DNA of 34,262 bases, taken from positions 1 through 34,262 of the forward strand of contig NW_021831956.1 of assembly GCF_006345805.1 (NCBI RefSeq). The letters run 5' to 3'. Origin of the DNA: Octopus sinensis (lineage: Eukaryota). The translations under genes were made by a program, and so were the position numbers. Shown piece by piece: positions 1 through 13,200 of the stretch. Position 1 is the stretch's first letter. Every line of letters begins with the position of its first letter. The notes beneath the pieces are model-generated. The model ran no database searches. It was not told the origin of the DNA and saw only the letters and a list, made by a program, of their open reading frames with translations.

Positions 1-850
1 AGAATAAAGAAAGAAGGAGGAAGAAAGAAAGAAGGAGAGAAATTAATGAAGAAAAGAATACAGAAAGGAAAGAAAGAAGTAAAGGTACACAAAAGAAAGA
101 AAAATTGAGTGAATAGAGAGGAAGGCGACGTAAATTCTGTAAAAACGATGAAGAGAAAGAGTGAGAGGGAGAGAGAGGGGGAGGAAGTAGTAGGGATTTG
201 AAAATAAATTTTAAGAAGAGATGATGAGTATGAGATGAGAGACAAGAGCAAAAAGGCGGTGCATTAATATATAATAAGGTATAGAGAGAGGAGAGGAGAG
301 AAGAGACTAGAGATACAGACCAAACAGAGACACAGATACAGAGAGAGACATAAGAAGCGAGAGGGCGAAAGAGAGAGCTGAAATAGAGAAATCAAGAAAG
401 AAAGACAGACATAGAGAAGAGAGGGAGATGGAAAGGGAGGAGAAAGGGAGGGAAAGAATGAGGTAAGAGAATGAGAGAATATTATATAAGGAGGTGAGGG
501 AGAGAGAGAATGATACATAGGTTTAAAAGAGAGGGAGAGTGTGAGTTGGGCGATCGCAAAATAGGTAGGGGATGTATGAGATATGAGGAGGTAAGAGAGG
601 CAAAAGTTGATGGAGGTTGAAGGAAACATGTGATGAAGATATATTGAATATTGTGAGGAGGGAGAGTAAGAGTTGAGAGAAAACGAGGGATGAGGGAGGC
701 GGGGTTAAACAATAACATAAATAAATGACAGGGGGAGAGGGAGAGGAGTATAGAAAGGAGAGGAATGATGTGTGTGATAAGAGAGGAGTCTATCATGTAT
801 TAGAGCAAGGAAGAGGGGAAGGATGGGGTATTAATACAGAATGAGGAAGG
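1..850. repeat. GA-rich polypurine low-complexity tract
   Basis: Almost entirely A/G on the + strand; source of the spurious L/S/P-rich ORFs. Confidence 0.85.
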
Positions 851-869
851 AGAGAGAATAGTTTTGAAG

Positions 870-1445
870 TGTCCTTCATTTTCATATGAAACACAAAACC
901 AAACTTTAACATACTTGGCTGTTATTTCTAGCATCACATTTGATCCCCAACTGGACCATATTTCTCCAGATGCTTCTTAAAGTGTCCTTCATGATTACAA
1001 TATAAAGTATAGCGTAATGGGCTGATATTTCTAGTAAGATAACAGACCACCAATACGTTTTATAGACGCTTCTTCCTTCACTCGTTTCTCATTCGGAGAA
1101 GAAGTCTGACCAGATCCGGAAAAGTTTTATAATGCTTCTTAAATTGTCTTTCAATTTCGTATGAAAACCAGCAAATTTGAGTGTGGGGGCTGTTATTACA
1201 AGCATGACGCCAGACCACCAATACGTTTTATAGACGCTTCTTCCCTTGTTTTCTCATTCGAGTAGAAGTCTGACCAGATCCGGGAAAAAGTTTTATAAAT
1301 GCTTCTTTCTTAAATTGTCTTTCACTTTCGTATGAGAAACAAAGCAACTTTGGGTGTAGTGGGCTGTGATTTTCTAGCATAATGTCAAACCGCGTGTAGG
1401 ACGATTCTTCTTTGAATAAATGCTTCTTAAATTGTCCCTCATGTC
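870..1445. repeat. About 168-bp tandem repeat (two good copies at 1043-1210 and 1211-1382 plus degenerate partial copies)
   Basis: cagaccaccaatacgttttatagacgcttcttcc...gaagtctgaccagatccgg recurs at 1043 and 1211. Confidence 0.9.
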
Positions 1446-1579
1446 TCGACTATTTAATTTCCTCATTAAGAACTACACGGTAATTATGTAATAATCGTTA
1501 GTTAATAATTAGCTTCTGGTAAAATAATTAGCGAGAGAGAAATTTGAAGGTAAATCTGAAAATATAATTTAATTGTAAG

Positions 1580-2300
1580 AAAGTAACGTTTCTTAGGAAT
1601 AAAAGGAGAGGAAGAGGGAGAGGGTAAGATATAAGGAGGTGGGGAGATAGAGAGAGAAAGAAAGGAAGAAAGAGTGAGCGAGAGAAACCCTAGGGAAGGG
1701 GAGGGATATATTAATGTATGAGGAAGCAGAGAAAGAATGAGAGTGGGAGAGAGAAGGGGAGAGAGAAAGAAAGGAAAAAGAGAGATAGGGAAATTTAGGG
1801 GAGGGGTAGGGATACAGTAATGTATGGGGTGCTGAGAGGGAAAGAAAAAGGAGAGAAAACCAAAGGAAGGGGAGGGATATATTAATATATGAGGTAGCAG
1901 AGAGAGTGTGTGAGTGAGTGCGTGAGAGAGAGAGATGGAGAGAGGGGGAACTGATATATATATACGTTTAGGATGTGAGGGAGAGGATGAGGTGAAAGAT
2001 ATAGTAAGCCAGGCGGGGTGGTTAAAAATGAATATATAATGAGGTGCTGAGAGAAAGGAGAGAAAGAGGGAGTAGTGGGAGGATATTTTTTGAGGACGGG
2101 AGAAAATGCTATTTGTGTTTAATAAGAAAGAGAGAAGGGGAGTTAAGACAGAAAGCAAGGGAGGGGGGAAGCATTGGGTAATTTATGATGAGGTGAGAGA
2201 GGGAGGAGAAGAGGTAGAGAGAGAGAGAGACATAGAAAGAGGGAGAGAGCGCGAGAGAATAATAAATATATTTACCAATAGAGGAAGAGTATGAGTTAAT
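1580..2300. repeat. GA-rich tract with an internal repeat of about 170 bp period
   Basis: ggaaggggagggatatattaat(g/a)tatgagg(a/t)agcagaga occurs at about 1695 and 1865. Confidence 0.8.
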
Positions 2301-3179
2301 AAAGGAAGCAAAAATGGGCGGAGACACGTATACGATGTAGTGGGAGGAGTCAACTTTGAATCGGTAAGAATAATAACTCTTAGTATATCCCTTTTACTTT
2401 AAATTCTATTTTCTTTTATGCGTAATATGATTTAGTGCAAATAATAGATCGAAGTGTTTATAATATATTATCAATAAATATCGAACACTTCTCTTCATCA
2501 CTAATTCGTTTTTCGTTTGACATCTAAAAATTTCGCTTTTTTAATATTACAATTCTTATCCCTTAGCTTCACTCCTCCTGCAATCGTCACACAGCCTCAA
2601 TTGTGGTTGCACCTGCTAGAAACAACAGCCAAATCTCACATGATAAAGTATGAAACGTTTTTATCATTTGTTTTCTTAATTTCTTGAAAATAAATTAATT
2701 TTCTATTTTCTGATTGGCATTTGGTCAGAAAACTCCGAAGATAAGCCAGTGCCTGAGCAATACAAAGAGGAGAGAGCAAGAATATGCAAGGCTAGTACAG
2801 TTTAGTGCAGCCGTGCACCGGTTGTCGTCCTATTTTAAGCTGCAAAAATGTGAGAGTCAAATACGAGAGGAAAGGGATCAGACCGGAAGGGATGTGAATG
2901 GAACAGGAAACAAGTGAATGCCATGGAATAGAAAAAAAGGTGAACTAAATCCTAAAATTTGCGAATATATTTAGGTAATAGGGAAAAAAAGTATGTTTAA
3001 TTTAAAATGTAATTTCCATTTTTAAAAGAAAGAAAATTTTGGAATACCTGTTTCTTATAGTTGAACGTCCGCGTGTATTTATGGAGAGAAGAGGTCGGTT
3101 TGTTCCTGCTGTGGGCGAGAATTTGTTTATTTTAATTTGGCTGACATCCATCTCGATAATGTGTTTCTTTAAGTAGCCT

Positions 3180-4830
3180 AGGGTTGAAAGCACGAATCCC
3201 AATAAAACCGCTGACAAAATGAAATCGATTTTCTGTCCCAACTGAAATATGCATGCCAGGTGATCGTCCTGTTTTCTGGAAGAATTATGTTGCTGAAGAA
3301 AATATGCACCAGAACAATGAAGAAATCGTCTCTAAACGGAAAGTGAACATTTTTCTTATAAATATCCAAAGGAAACTTGAAGTTGACAGCTTCGATATCT
3401 ACAGCCACAATGGTCTTCCTTGACCAGATACAAGAACTGTTGAAGTAGCTAATATTCCAATTGGGCTTAGAGAAGAAACCATTTTTAAGGCAAAAAAAAA
3501 AGTATTAATAAACTTCTGCCAACTTTAGACATTGAACAACGACTAGATTTTGATAAAGCTATCAGGTCCATAAATAGTAAAAGACGGATGAATTCTGTTC
3601 TTAAATGCAAATGGTGGCACAGGGAAAACCTATGTGATCAACATCATACTTGATAGTTGCTACTGCCACGTCTGCTATTGCAACCACTTTGCTTCTGAAA
3701 GGGAGAGTTCTTCATTCTATGTCCAGGATTATTCTCAGTGAGACTACAAAATCAACATTAAGACTCACAAAGAGAGATGCCACAAGAGATATTGTGCCTC
3801 AATCTGGTCTCTTAGTTATCGATGGGACCAGGATGGGGCCTAAGCATCTCTGTGAGTGCCTTGAAACGGGATTGCATGATGTGTGAGACTGTAACAAACC
3901 TGTTTATGAATTTACTATATTACTGTCTGGTGATAGAAGACAAATTCTTGCAGTTATGTCATCTTGGGAGATTATAATTTGTTGATGCAGATCTTTTCTT
4001 GATGATTGAGTAGAAATAGTGAGGATAGGAACCAATCTAAGACTTCTTACAAAAGGTCATTCTGATGAAAAAGAGTCTGTTAATCACCATTTCGATGTTG
4101 GAAATGGTGATATTTCTGTCGAACAAAGTCTAGGTGCATCCAAAATCAACCTGCTTTACAACTTTGGCCTGTCAAGTTTATGTGATGTTGTCTTGCAAAT
4201 AATTTCACAGACCCCATGTGGCTTGCAAACAGACCCACTATTACTCCAACAAATGAAATATCACAATTTGTAAATGAATTCATGTTGACCAGGATCCCTG
4301 GTGAGGTAAAGATATGCAGAAGTTCAGATACAGTTGATAATGAAGCTCTGTACCTAATCAAATTCATCAACAAGCTCATAAAATCAGAGTTTCCATGGAC
4401 ATATCCTCACACTAAAGACAAGAGGCTGCATTGGGTTATTGAAGAATTTAGATGTTAAACAAGACCATTGCAATGACACAGGCTACGTTATTATCTGCTT
4501 GCACAATCTTATTATTGTGGCTGAGGTTGCTTGTGGTCCTTCTACAGGATCAATCTCAGGGATTCCAAATGGGTCTCAAGGAATGGAGTTCCCATTCATA
4601 GTTACCATACAAACAATTTCCTGTGGAACCACTCTTTGCCTTCACATGCAACAAAGCACAGGGACAGACATTTAAACAAATTGGAATTTATCTTCCAACA
4701 CAATTATTCTCACGTGACCAGCTGTAAGTTTCACTTTCTAGAGTTTGGATGAAGCCTAATGTAAAACTATTGGCAGAGAGAAATAGAAACTGTATATTTA
4801 CTAACAATCGTGTCTACAAGGAGGTTCTAT
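3180..4830 (+). mobile_element. Helitron Rep-helicase pseudogene (PIF1-type helicase part), frameshifted and with stops
   Basis: Fragments: LPTLDIEQRLDFDKAIRS, NGGTGKTYVINII (Walker A, 3613-3630), ATSAIATTLLLKGRVLHS, LLVIDGTRMGPKHLCECL, LLSGDRRQILAV, HCNDTGYVI, and a QSTG/QGQT-like motif near 4650. Confidence 0.85.
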
Positions 4831-4996
4831 TTGACAGCAAAATATACATTTTAAGTAAGTTTCACAAAATGGAATTACACTTTTCTTTTTTGGGAAAATT
4901 TCACAGGATATTTAAACTGTTTATATAACAATGGAAGTATTTAGGGAGATGCCGGGGCTTACAACAACAACACCAACAACAAATGAAATTTCAATC

Positions 4997-5002
4997 TTTA
5001 TT
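4997..5002 (-). promoter_or_regulatory. Candidate polyadenylation signal AATAAA for the gene
   Basis: tttatt on the + strand, about 235 nt downstream of the stop. The region is AT-rich, so it could be chance. Confidence 0.4.
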
Positions 5003-5236
5003 TCCAAAGTTAATCTCCAACAAAAAGGGAGCTAAACAAATAAAGAGATCTCCATGTGGTAAATAGATCTGCTAGAATTAGTAGCCGAATCCTACTCCAT
5101 TCATCACTTATCATCTTAAAGAATGACACATTAGACAAGGAAAACATGATGGTCCTGGATGGAAGGCATTTAATCATATGCCTGTGTGTGGTGAAGGTAG
5201 ATTTGGGGTTAAACAACAGCAATATTTACAAGAAAT

Positions 5237-5442
5237 TCAACTGAAGTCTGATAATAAACATTCAAGCGCCGTGAAACATTCCGTTTCTAAAAGAGCTTCT
5301 TTTAATGTTTGAGGTGTACGTTTCGCTGGATCGCAACCTCGAAACCATTTTAGAAGCATCTGAAAGCCTTGTTCCATAATGTTATAAGGATTGTCGTGCT
5401 TGATGATTTCCAGGTCATCTTGTGTAATTTCTAATTCCCTTC
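5237..5442 (-). CDS. Death domain last exon: [68 protein letters not shown]
   Basis: Part of ORF 5237-5569; acceptor gtatcttttgcag at 5443; death-domain pattern EQ...ML..W...T...L..AL; TGA at 5239-5237. Confidence 0.92.
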
Positions 5443-8400
5443 CTGCAAAAGATACAATAAAAAATAATTGCAAAAGCATTAAATGATAATATAAAACCTG
5501 TGAACAGTAAATTATAGATATGACAAAGAAATTATGTGAATAGACGAATGAGAAATACTGAAGAAACACGGAAAATAGAAGACATTGTTATCTGTTTCTA
5601 AAGATTTTGAGAAAAATAAGAAACAAGTTGAAATAAAAGCTGGAATTGGAGAAAACATTTAAAGATCGAATAAAATTGAAAGTTACACATGAGAAATCTT
5701 CTGGTAAACAACTGGCAGGAGAAGTGTTTGTGTGGGCAGCAGTATACGAAAAGCTCAAGAATCAACAAAGACTACCAATAGTTACACCATTTCATCTATC
5801 CATTCATTTTCTTTGCCCTCTCTTCATAGGAGGGTTATAAGGGTAGAGTCCTCAGGCACCTCCTTCATACGATTCTATCTAAAGTAAGCTTGATTAGAAA
5901 TTCTGAGAGAATTTCCAAGCACAACCAATTGAACCTATGGGTATTATGCAACAATTTATTCTTGGTTTAGCCCCAGGTCTTCTGTCAGTTGGCTCAGCTC
6001 GATGAATCCCTCTTTTGATTCTTTCCTGAGACATTTTAATCACATGCCGGTAGTATTGGAGCAGCTGTGACCTCTCAATGCAGAGAAGCAGTCGTTTGAC
6101 CTGGAGAGACACCCAAATTTCGAAGCTGCACGCGTTACTCCAGAGACTCCTCAGAGGAACTCAATTTCAGTCGTTTTGATAACATCCCATATTCAAAGAC
6201 TGAAATAGTCACCTGTGATGTGGTCCCTCCTATGATTAGTAAATAATAAAAGATTATCAAAATTCAGAAATATCTCGAAAGTGGGATATGACTTCAACGG
6301 CACAAAGTAAAAATATAACACTGTTAGGTACATATCACATATTATAGAAGATACCAGCTGAAAAGTTAGTTTTGAAATACTGACTCCTAAAAAGGAATTC
6401 CTTCACTGGTTGAAGGCCACAATTTCAAAAGATACTCATACAGGAGAGGCCCAAGAGTAAACAAAGCAATGAGAAAGGTTTTAGTTTGTAAGCAATAACA
6501 GAACATCTACACCATACACTTACAACACTTGGGTCCTGAAAGAATCCCTGCATCCTCAAACATCTACATCATCTGGAAAGTTATCACAATTTATATGCAG
6601 GGGAGAGAAAAGGGGTTAATAGGAATTCTATATGGTTTATCTAATGTACGCAATAGGTGCAGTGGTATCACAGGCAAGTTTACAGGGAGGACGGGTTAGG
6701 GTTGGGGAAGGACTTTTTAAGTAGCAGATACACGGGATTAGTTTGTAGTAAGAACAAGTATGAAAGACATATAGTTTCTCTAACCTAAGAGACATAATTA
6801 GAAGTGGGTGGGTGGGGGTCTATTCTCAAAGTGCAGTACTTTGAGGAAAAATGGGATGGAAAATGTACAGGGAACTGTTATGTCTACTGGCAACTAAGGG
6901 ATTCCGTCTCCAAATGAAGGAGAGATTGCATGAGGCGTATTTGTAAAGTGCAATGTTGTATTTAATGTAGAGGATGCATGAAAACTGGCAAGAAATGAGG
7001 TGAGCATACATCACTAGAAGTGTAATGTTAATGTGTTGAAAACCTGGGGTTAGGGAAAACTGGGTCCCAGAAGAATCTGTGATAGTGCACAATATAGTAT
7101 AGATTTAGAATGGATATGGTAAATGAAATTTGGATAAAGAAGTGCCTGGAATTCAAGTGAAAGAAAACAAGCGATTAAACCTGACAAACAACCACAACGA
7201 CTGTGGGAGAAGTCATCTGACACATACAAACTTGGAGAAATGAACGTAATATGCTGATTATATTGGACTGGTGTTAATGGATTGATTTTTACCTCAGTAT
7301 ATGACTGGTACATTTTGTATGACTGCCAGAGAGATAACAAATTGGCAATGTCACAGATGATGTCCTCTCTTAATTTAGATAAATCATTTCTATCAGCTGA
7401 CTGAGGGGATAATGTTACGACCTCTTGAGTCAGGGGTGAAAGGTTCAAATCTAGTCCCCCAACACAGCTCAATGTCCTGGTAAAGACATCTCTCTTCTGG
7501 TTCAGTCTACGAACCACGATAGGGAGGTAAAGATATTGCTGTAAATAATAGGAATATTGTATAAATGATATTTTATGTTGTTAAACTTTCAGACAAGAGG
7601 AAATGGGATACTGTGATGTTCATGCCTTTCCAGTAAAGGAGAGTGAAATGATTTCAATTGATAAACAAAATCAAGTTGAGTTTGAATTTTCGGATGAAAC
7701 GTGAGTTTCATTAATTTACAATACTGAGTTCAATCCAGCCATGGACACAGGCAGCAATGGGGGACTGTTTTCTATAGAGACTGGCACTATATATTGACCA
7801 GGGACTAAAGAACTACAATCAAAGAGAACACAGCATGTCACACATAATGCAAACTCTCGTGTTTAAAAAGGTTGCTTTCGATAATGTGGTCCTCTTCATC
7901 CAAGAGAAAGAAGGATGTTACATCTGGAAACCTTCCCTCTTAACTCTGCCAGATTAAAACAGATATCTGCCTCAGCAACAACAACAATAACAACCAATCT
8001 GTGAACTTTCCAAAAACGTAAACAAACAAAAACATTGTCATTAACTCACCTGTTTACTCTTTAACACCATTATTCTTGAGTCCCCTTTTACAAACGACAA
8101 TATTAACTCGACTGTATCTTCTAATTCAAATATTTTACACCTGTGCTGACCTCGGTGGATATTTTATGAAATTTCAGTGATATCTTTACTATATAGCTAA
8201 ACTTTCAATTGGAAACTAGGAATGGAATCTGTTCTCAGTCAAAAGTTTAACTGAAAGCAAAATTTATAGAAATCAATTAGGTATTTTATACTCACCAAGT
8301 TGCTGCCATTTACCCGCCAACTTTTTGGACACCCGATGTAGATGCTTCACCTCTAGCGTTAGTATATCTGAAATAAATGTTTCCACATTTTACATTTCAT

Positions 8401-10231
8401 AGTATAATTTCCCTATCTCTGTTAATGGTTTATATCTTATTATTGTAAGACATTCCTATCATCAATGGCCAACTGCTGACCACTATAGGTTTCGTCGACA
8501 GTTTTATACTTTCTACAGTGGTCCTATATAATGGCTCAATATTTAGGTCCATAACAAAATAGACTGATCTTCCTAAACCTCCTTTTTCTATTAAGACAAC
8601 CTTCTTGATCTATCAATGTTGCATTCATCTCATTTAATTATCACATGTTAACACCTTTTATTTCTTTTCTTTTTTTATATCTGTGCTAAACCTATGAGAT
8701 AGCACTGTTCCCTCATCAGTAGACTTCAGTAATCCAGTGGTAACCAAGTTGGTCATAAATGCTCTTGACACAAACTCATATCATACCACTTGAAGCAGGA
8801 TCAACACACACCTGTTTTCTTTGTTTTAACCTTTAATTTTATCTATGCAACTCACAGTTCACCAGAATTTCATCTGATTCATAAAATATTTTAAGACTCC
8901 TTAATGAAACAGTTTTCATTCCAGATGAGCAATGATTATTTTTACAGAGGTGAAACAGAAAGTGATAACAAGTGTCCTAAAACACTGTATACTTGCACAA
9001 AACATCTTTAACAACATGCAAATGTTTATACACAGATTATTGCAAAAGAAAAATATTTGAAAAGGTACAAAAGAAGTGATATTCAAGAATATATAAACAA
9101 GATGGTGATATAGATCAAACTTCAAGCACCAAATCTTGTTTTTGCCCAGAAGTTTTGACTTGGCAAATGCTTATTGCCCATCCTCGGTTTCTGCAATGAC
9201 ATCAATGCCTCTACTCTTATTAGACAATGTGGGATTGTAGCATCGTCCTCAAATTATTTTTTTACTTTTGGCATAGTTTCTCCTACTATTTTGAACGTTA
9301 CCTGTTTCTGTTGACCTTTGACATATGTCAGACTGCATCAAGTATTTGCTTAGACAGCATTCTAGACCGAGTAATTAGTCCAACCAGTCTATCCAGAACT
9401 AATTGCATAAACATTTGATCTCTTCTTCTTATTTTTATGTCATCCATAAATGCCTTCTTAAGTGATTTCCCTTGAGTAATTTCTTCTGATAAATCTGCTA
9501 ATCCCCATAAAAGCATCCCCATAACAAGCAAAACCAAGTAACGGATATTGTGCAATCTACAGCTATTCTAGTTCCAATGTTGGGCACATGAAAATCTTTT
9601 TCTAGTGCTTTTGCCACATTAAAATGTACTCAGGAACCTTTATAAAGTGGTTGGTGTTAAGAAAGGCATACTACCATAGAAAAGGTGGAATGTTTCAGGG
9701 AGATGTGTTTCTCAAGCAATCGAGGTGGACAGTAATTCTGAATAAGGACATGGATAGTGACTACCCAGCCAATTCGATAATGAAGACACTATAATCGATT
9801 GCATTGTATCTTGCACCCAATCTTGAGGAGAGAGAAAGAGAGCAATTGTCTCAGCAGCAGACCAAAGTCTCCTACTGGGATAAACACAACGTTTAGGGGA
9901 TGTAATGATAGATTTACTATCAGTGAAAAAAAGAGAGTGTGTTCACACTTGTAACAATTTTCAACTTAGTCACCTTGTTAAAAAAGACCGACAACAACAA
10001 CAACAACAACAACAATTAGGAAACTTATTAAATTGTACAACAAACAAGCTCTCTCATTATCTCATCTGGTTTTACCTTTAAACGACAAATTGTTTTCCTT
10101 TATTCCAAAGAGAATATGAAGTCTGTTGTGTTTTCTAATTTAGCCATTTTACCAACAGCGCCAACACTGCTGGACATTTTATTAAATTTCAAATCAGTAA
10201 TATCAATGGACTTGTAAATGCATCCATAGTA

Positions 10232-10292
<61 letters not shown>

Positions 10293-13200
10293 GACAATAT
10301 GGCAAATATTCCTCTTAAGGGGAGCGAACCGCTTCTCAGTCATTCACACAAATTATGTAGTTTAGGTGGAGGTAAAATTTGTAGAAGTCAATTAGATATA
10401 GTTATTTTATACTCACCAAGTGGCTGAGCCTCTGTCTGGGATGCATTGTCTTCAACCTTTGGATGCACTGAAATAAACATTTCCAAGTTTTATACTTCAC
10501 AGTAAAACTTCTTTAACTTTATGTATAATTCTGTATTTTATTATTGTGAGACATTCATGTAATCAATGGTCAACTGGTGAGTAATATGGCTTTGGTCAGC
10601 ATTTTTATACTCTCTACCATGGGACCGTGTAATAACCCAATATATAGGTCTACAACTAAATAGACTGACCTTCCTCAATCTCCGCTCACTATTAAGACAT
10701 CCTACATAATCTAACAATATTGCACTTCTCTCATTTAATAATCACTTGTTAACACTGCTAATCTCTTTCTTATATTTAATCTAATCTATGACATGATTGT
10801 CCTCTCATCTCTAGACTTCACTAATCAACATTCTTCTCGTTTTCTACTTAATTCCTTGACAACCAAATTGGTCCTCAAAAGTCGGACCATGACACATCGT
10901 TTCAGGTAGGATAGACATAACCCCGCTCTCTTTTTAAAGGTCACTGTTGGCAATCTTTAATTTTAACTGACCACATCACACTTCCCCAGAATATCATCTG
11001 ATTAAGGAAATATTTGAAAATATTTCAATGTCATTCATTTTCCTTAATAAGCGACGTTTTTCAGGTGAGCAATGATTAGTTCTACAACGGTGGAGAGGTA
11101 AGCGATAACAGGTATCCTGAAACACTGTACTTTTGTACAAAACCTACTTAACTACAAAATAACTGTTCATGTACACATTATTACAAAGGGGTTATATCCA
11201 AATTGAGAACTAACAATTTATTCGGAAGAATATATAAACAAAATCGAACTGGAAACATGAAATTTTGCATTTTTTTAGTAGTTTTGAATTATCAGTTGTT
11301 TTCTGTCCATCTTCAGCTTTGCCATGGTCTCACTACCCCAGTATGTATCAGTCAACAAGATAACGTACCACCAAATTTAACTTTTGGTTTGTCTTTAACT
11401 TTTGGCATGAGTTCTCCTGCCGTTCGTAACTTCCCTTGCTCCAGCTGACCTCTCACAAATTATAGACTGCAATACTTATTTGTTTGAAACCACATTCTTG
11501 ACTAAGTACTAACTCTATGGAGTCTACTAACCAAAACTATTTGCATATCCTTTTAGTCTCTTGTTAGTATTGTTATGTCAGCCATGAATATCTTTCCGTT
11601 GAGCAATTTCTTCTGGACATTCTGTTAATCTAATTAGCATAACTATAAAGATCACCAACCAACTGATATTGCGCAACATTCAGCTATTCCAGATCCAGAA
11701 CCTGGCAGTCTTTTGTGAAATTTTATCCTATAAAACACATTTTGAAACTGTTATAGCATCTCATCATCAGATCCTTAATCTCCTCCCATTTATGAAAGAA
11801 ATTCCTTGTTTCCATCAACAATGTGTGTGGTACAGAACAATAAGCATTAGCCAGATGAAGCCATACTACATCCGAATCTCTTTTATTCTTCTTTGCTTTT
11901 TATATGGCATCCCAGATTTAAAATGCATGTTCTACACACACAGACATTCTCCGAATTCTAGTCTTCTGGACATTTTCAGTCATATAACCATTATTTTGCT
12001 GACATGTAGCTGATTTCATGGCAAGTACACCCATGTAAATCTAGCCATTCAAGATTGAAATCGGCTTCAATTGGCCACTTAGTTCTGCATTAACTTACTT
12101 TGATGAATACAATCCTTTTGTCTTGCATCATTCATCAGTCAGTCCACCTTTATCCCACAACTCCCTAAATAGTAATTAATGCTTATAACACCTGGGCACA
12201 ACATTTGTACACGTTCTATGGTACACAATCACCTCCCGTTGCAATCTCGGTTCTTGCCTTCTTCACTAAGCTTTATACTTGTTTCTTGCTGAAATCGCAA
12301 AGCTGAAATGTTTGATTACTGGTTTCATTGGACATTTCAAACCAAACATGAGCAGGAATGTTAGTACCGTATGAAGGGTTCTTAAGGAGCTGCAATTTAA
12401 AGTGTTCACTATCCTTTCTTCTTTCAACCCGTCCGATGTCTCTTTGAATGTATTTGATTGTATTGTATCATACAGCCTCTATGAAGTTTGAAAAAAGGGA
12501 AAGAGACAACGGTTTTCTGAGCAGCAAACCAACGTCTTCCACTTGAATAAATACAATGTTTATTGGATGCAATGATATATTTATTATCAGTGAAAAGCGA
12601 CAGGGTGTTCATATTTGGAACGCATTTCATTGTAAGTCTGCCAGATTATGAGAGATATCAGCTAAAATAACAACAATAACTTGTCAGTAAACATTTAAAA
12701 TGTATAAAACAAACAAAACCTTTGTCATTACCTCACCTGTTAAACCACAACATATATAATTTGGCTGTTCCAAAAGAGAACCTGAAATCTATTTCGCTTC
12801 TAATTTATCCATTTCACCAACCGTGCTAACCTGATTGGATACTTTATTAAATGTCAATAATATCGATATGTTTAATATGATTAGTTTACTGCTAAAACCT
12901 CCCATTCAAAAGTAAGAATGGAAGCTGATCTTTATCATTCTGATATCAAAATAGTTCAGCAGGGGATAAACCTTACAGAAATCAATCAAGTGCTGTCATT
13001 TTATACTCACCAACAGGTTCTTCCTGTGTCTGTGTTTCTTTGTCTTTGAATGTTCGATTCTCTGAAATAAATATTTCCAAGTTTCAAACTATATAGAAAA
13101 ATGTCTTTATATTTATTAATAATCTATATTTTATTATCAGAGATTACTGTGATCGATGATCAACTGTTGATGACAATGATTTTGGTTAGAATGTTTATAG

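Noticed and set aside
264-2327. L/S/P-rich ORFs, including the 218-aa ORF at 1502-2158
   Set aside because: They are translations of the polypurine/polypyrimidine low-complexity tract, with no domain motifs.
5646-6250. Short ORFs in the last intron
   Set aside because: No motifs or consistent splice sites; possibly unclassifiable TE debris.
7050-7517. 155-aa minus-strand ORF as a possible extra exon
   Set aside because: It has no recognisable motif and no ATG start in the sequence (the ORF begins at GTG). Its 3' third overlaps the antisense of the RTE fragment, and the flanking exons join correctly without it.
12737-12781. 45-nt AG...GT bounded segment ([15 protein letters not shown]) as a real exon
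   Set aside because: The acceptor and frame are not conserved in the four homologous blocks. It is treated as part of the decayed segment pending RNA data.
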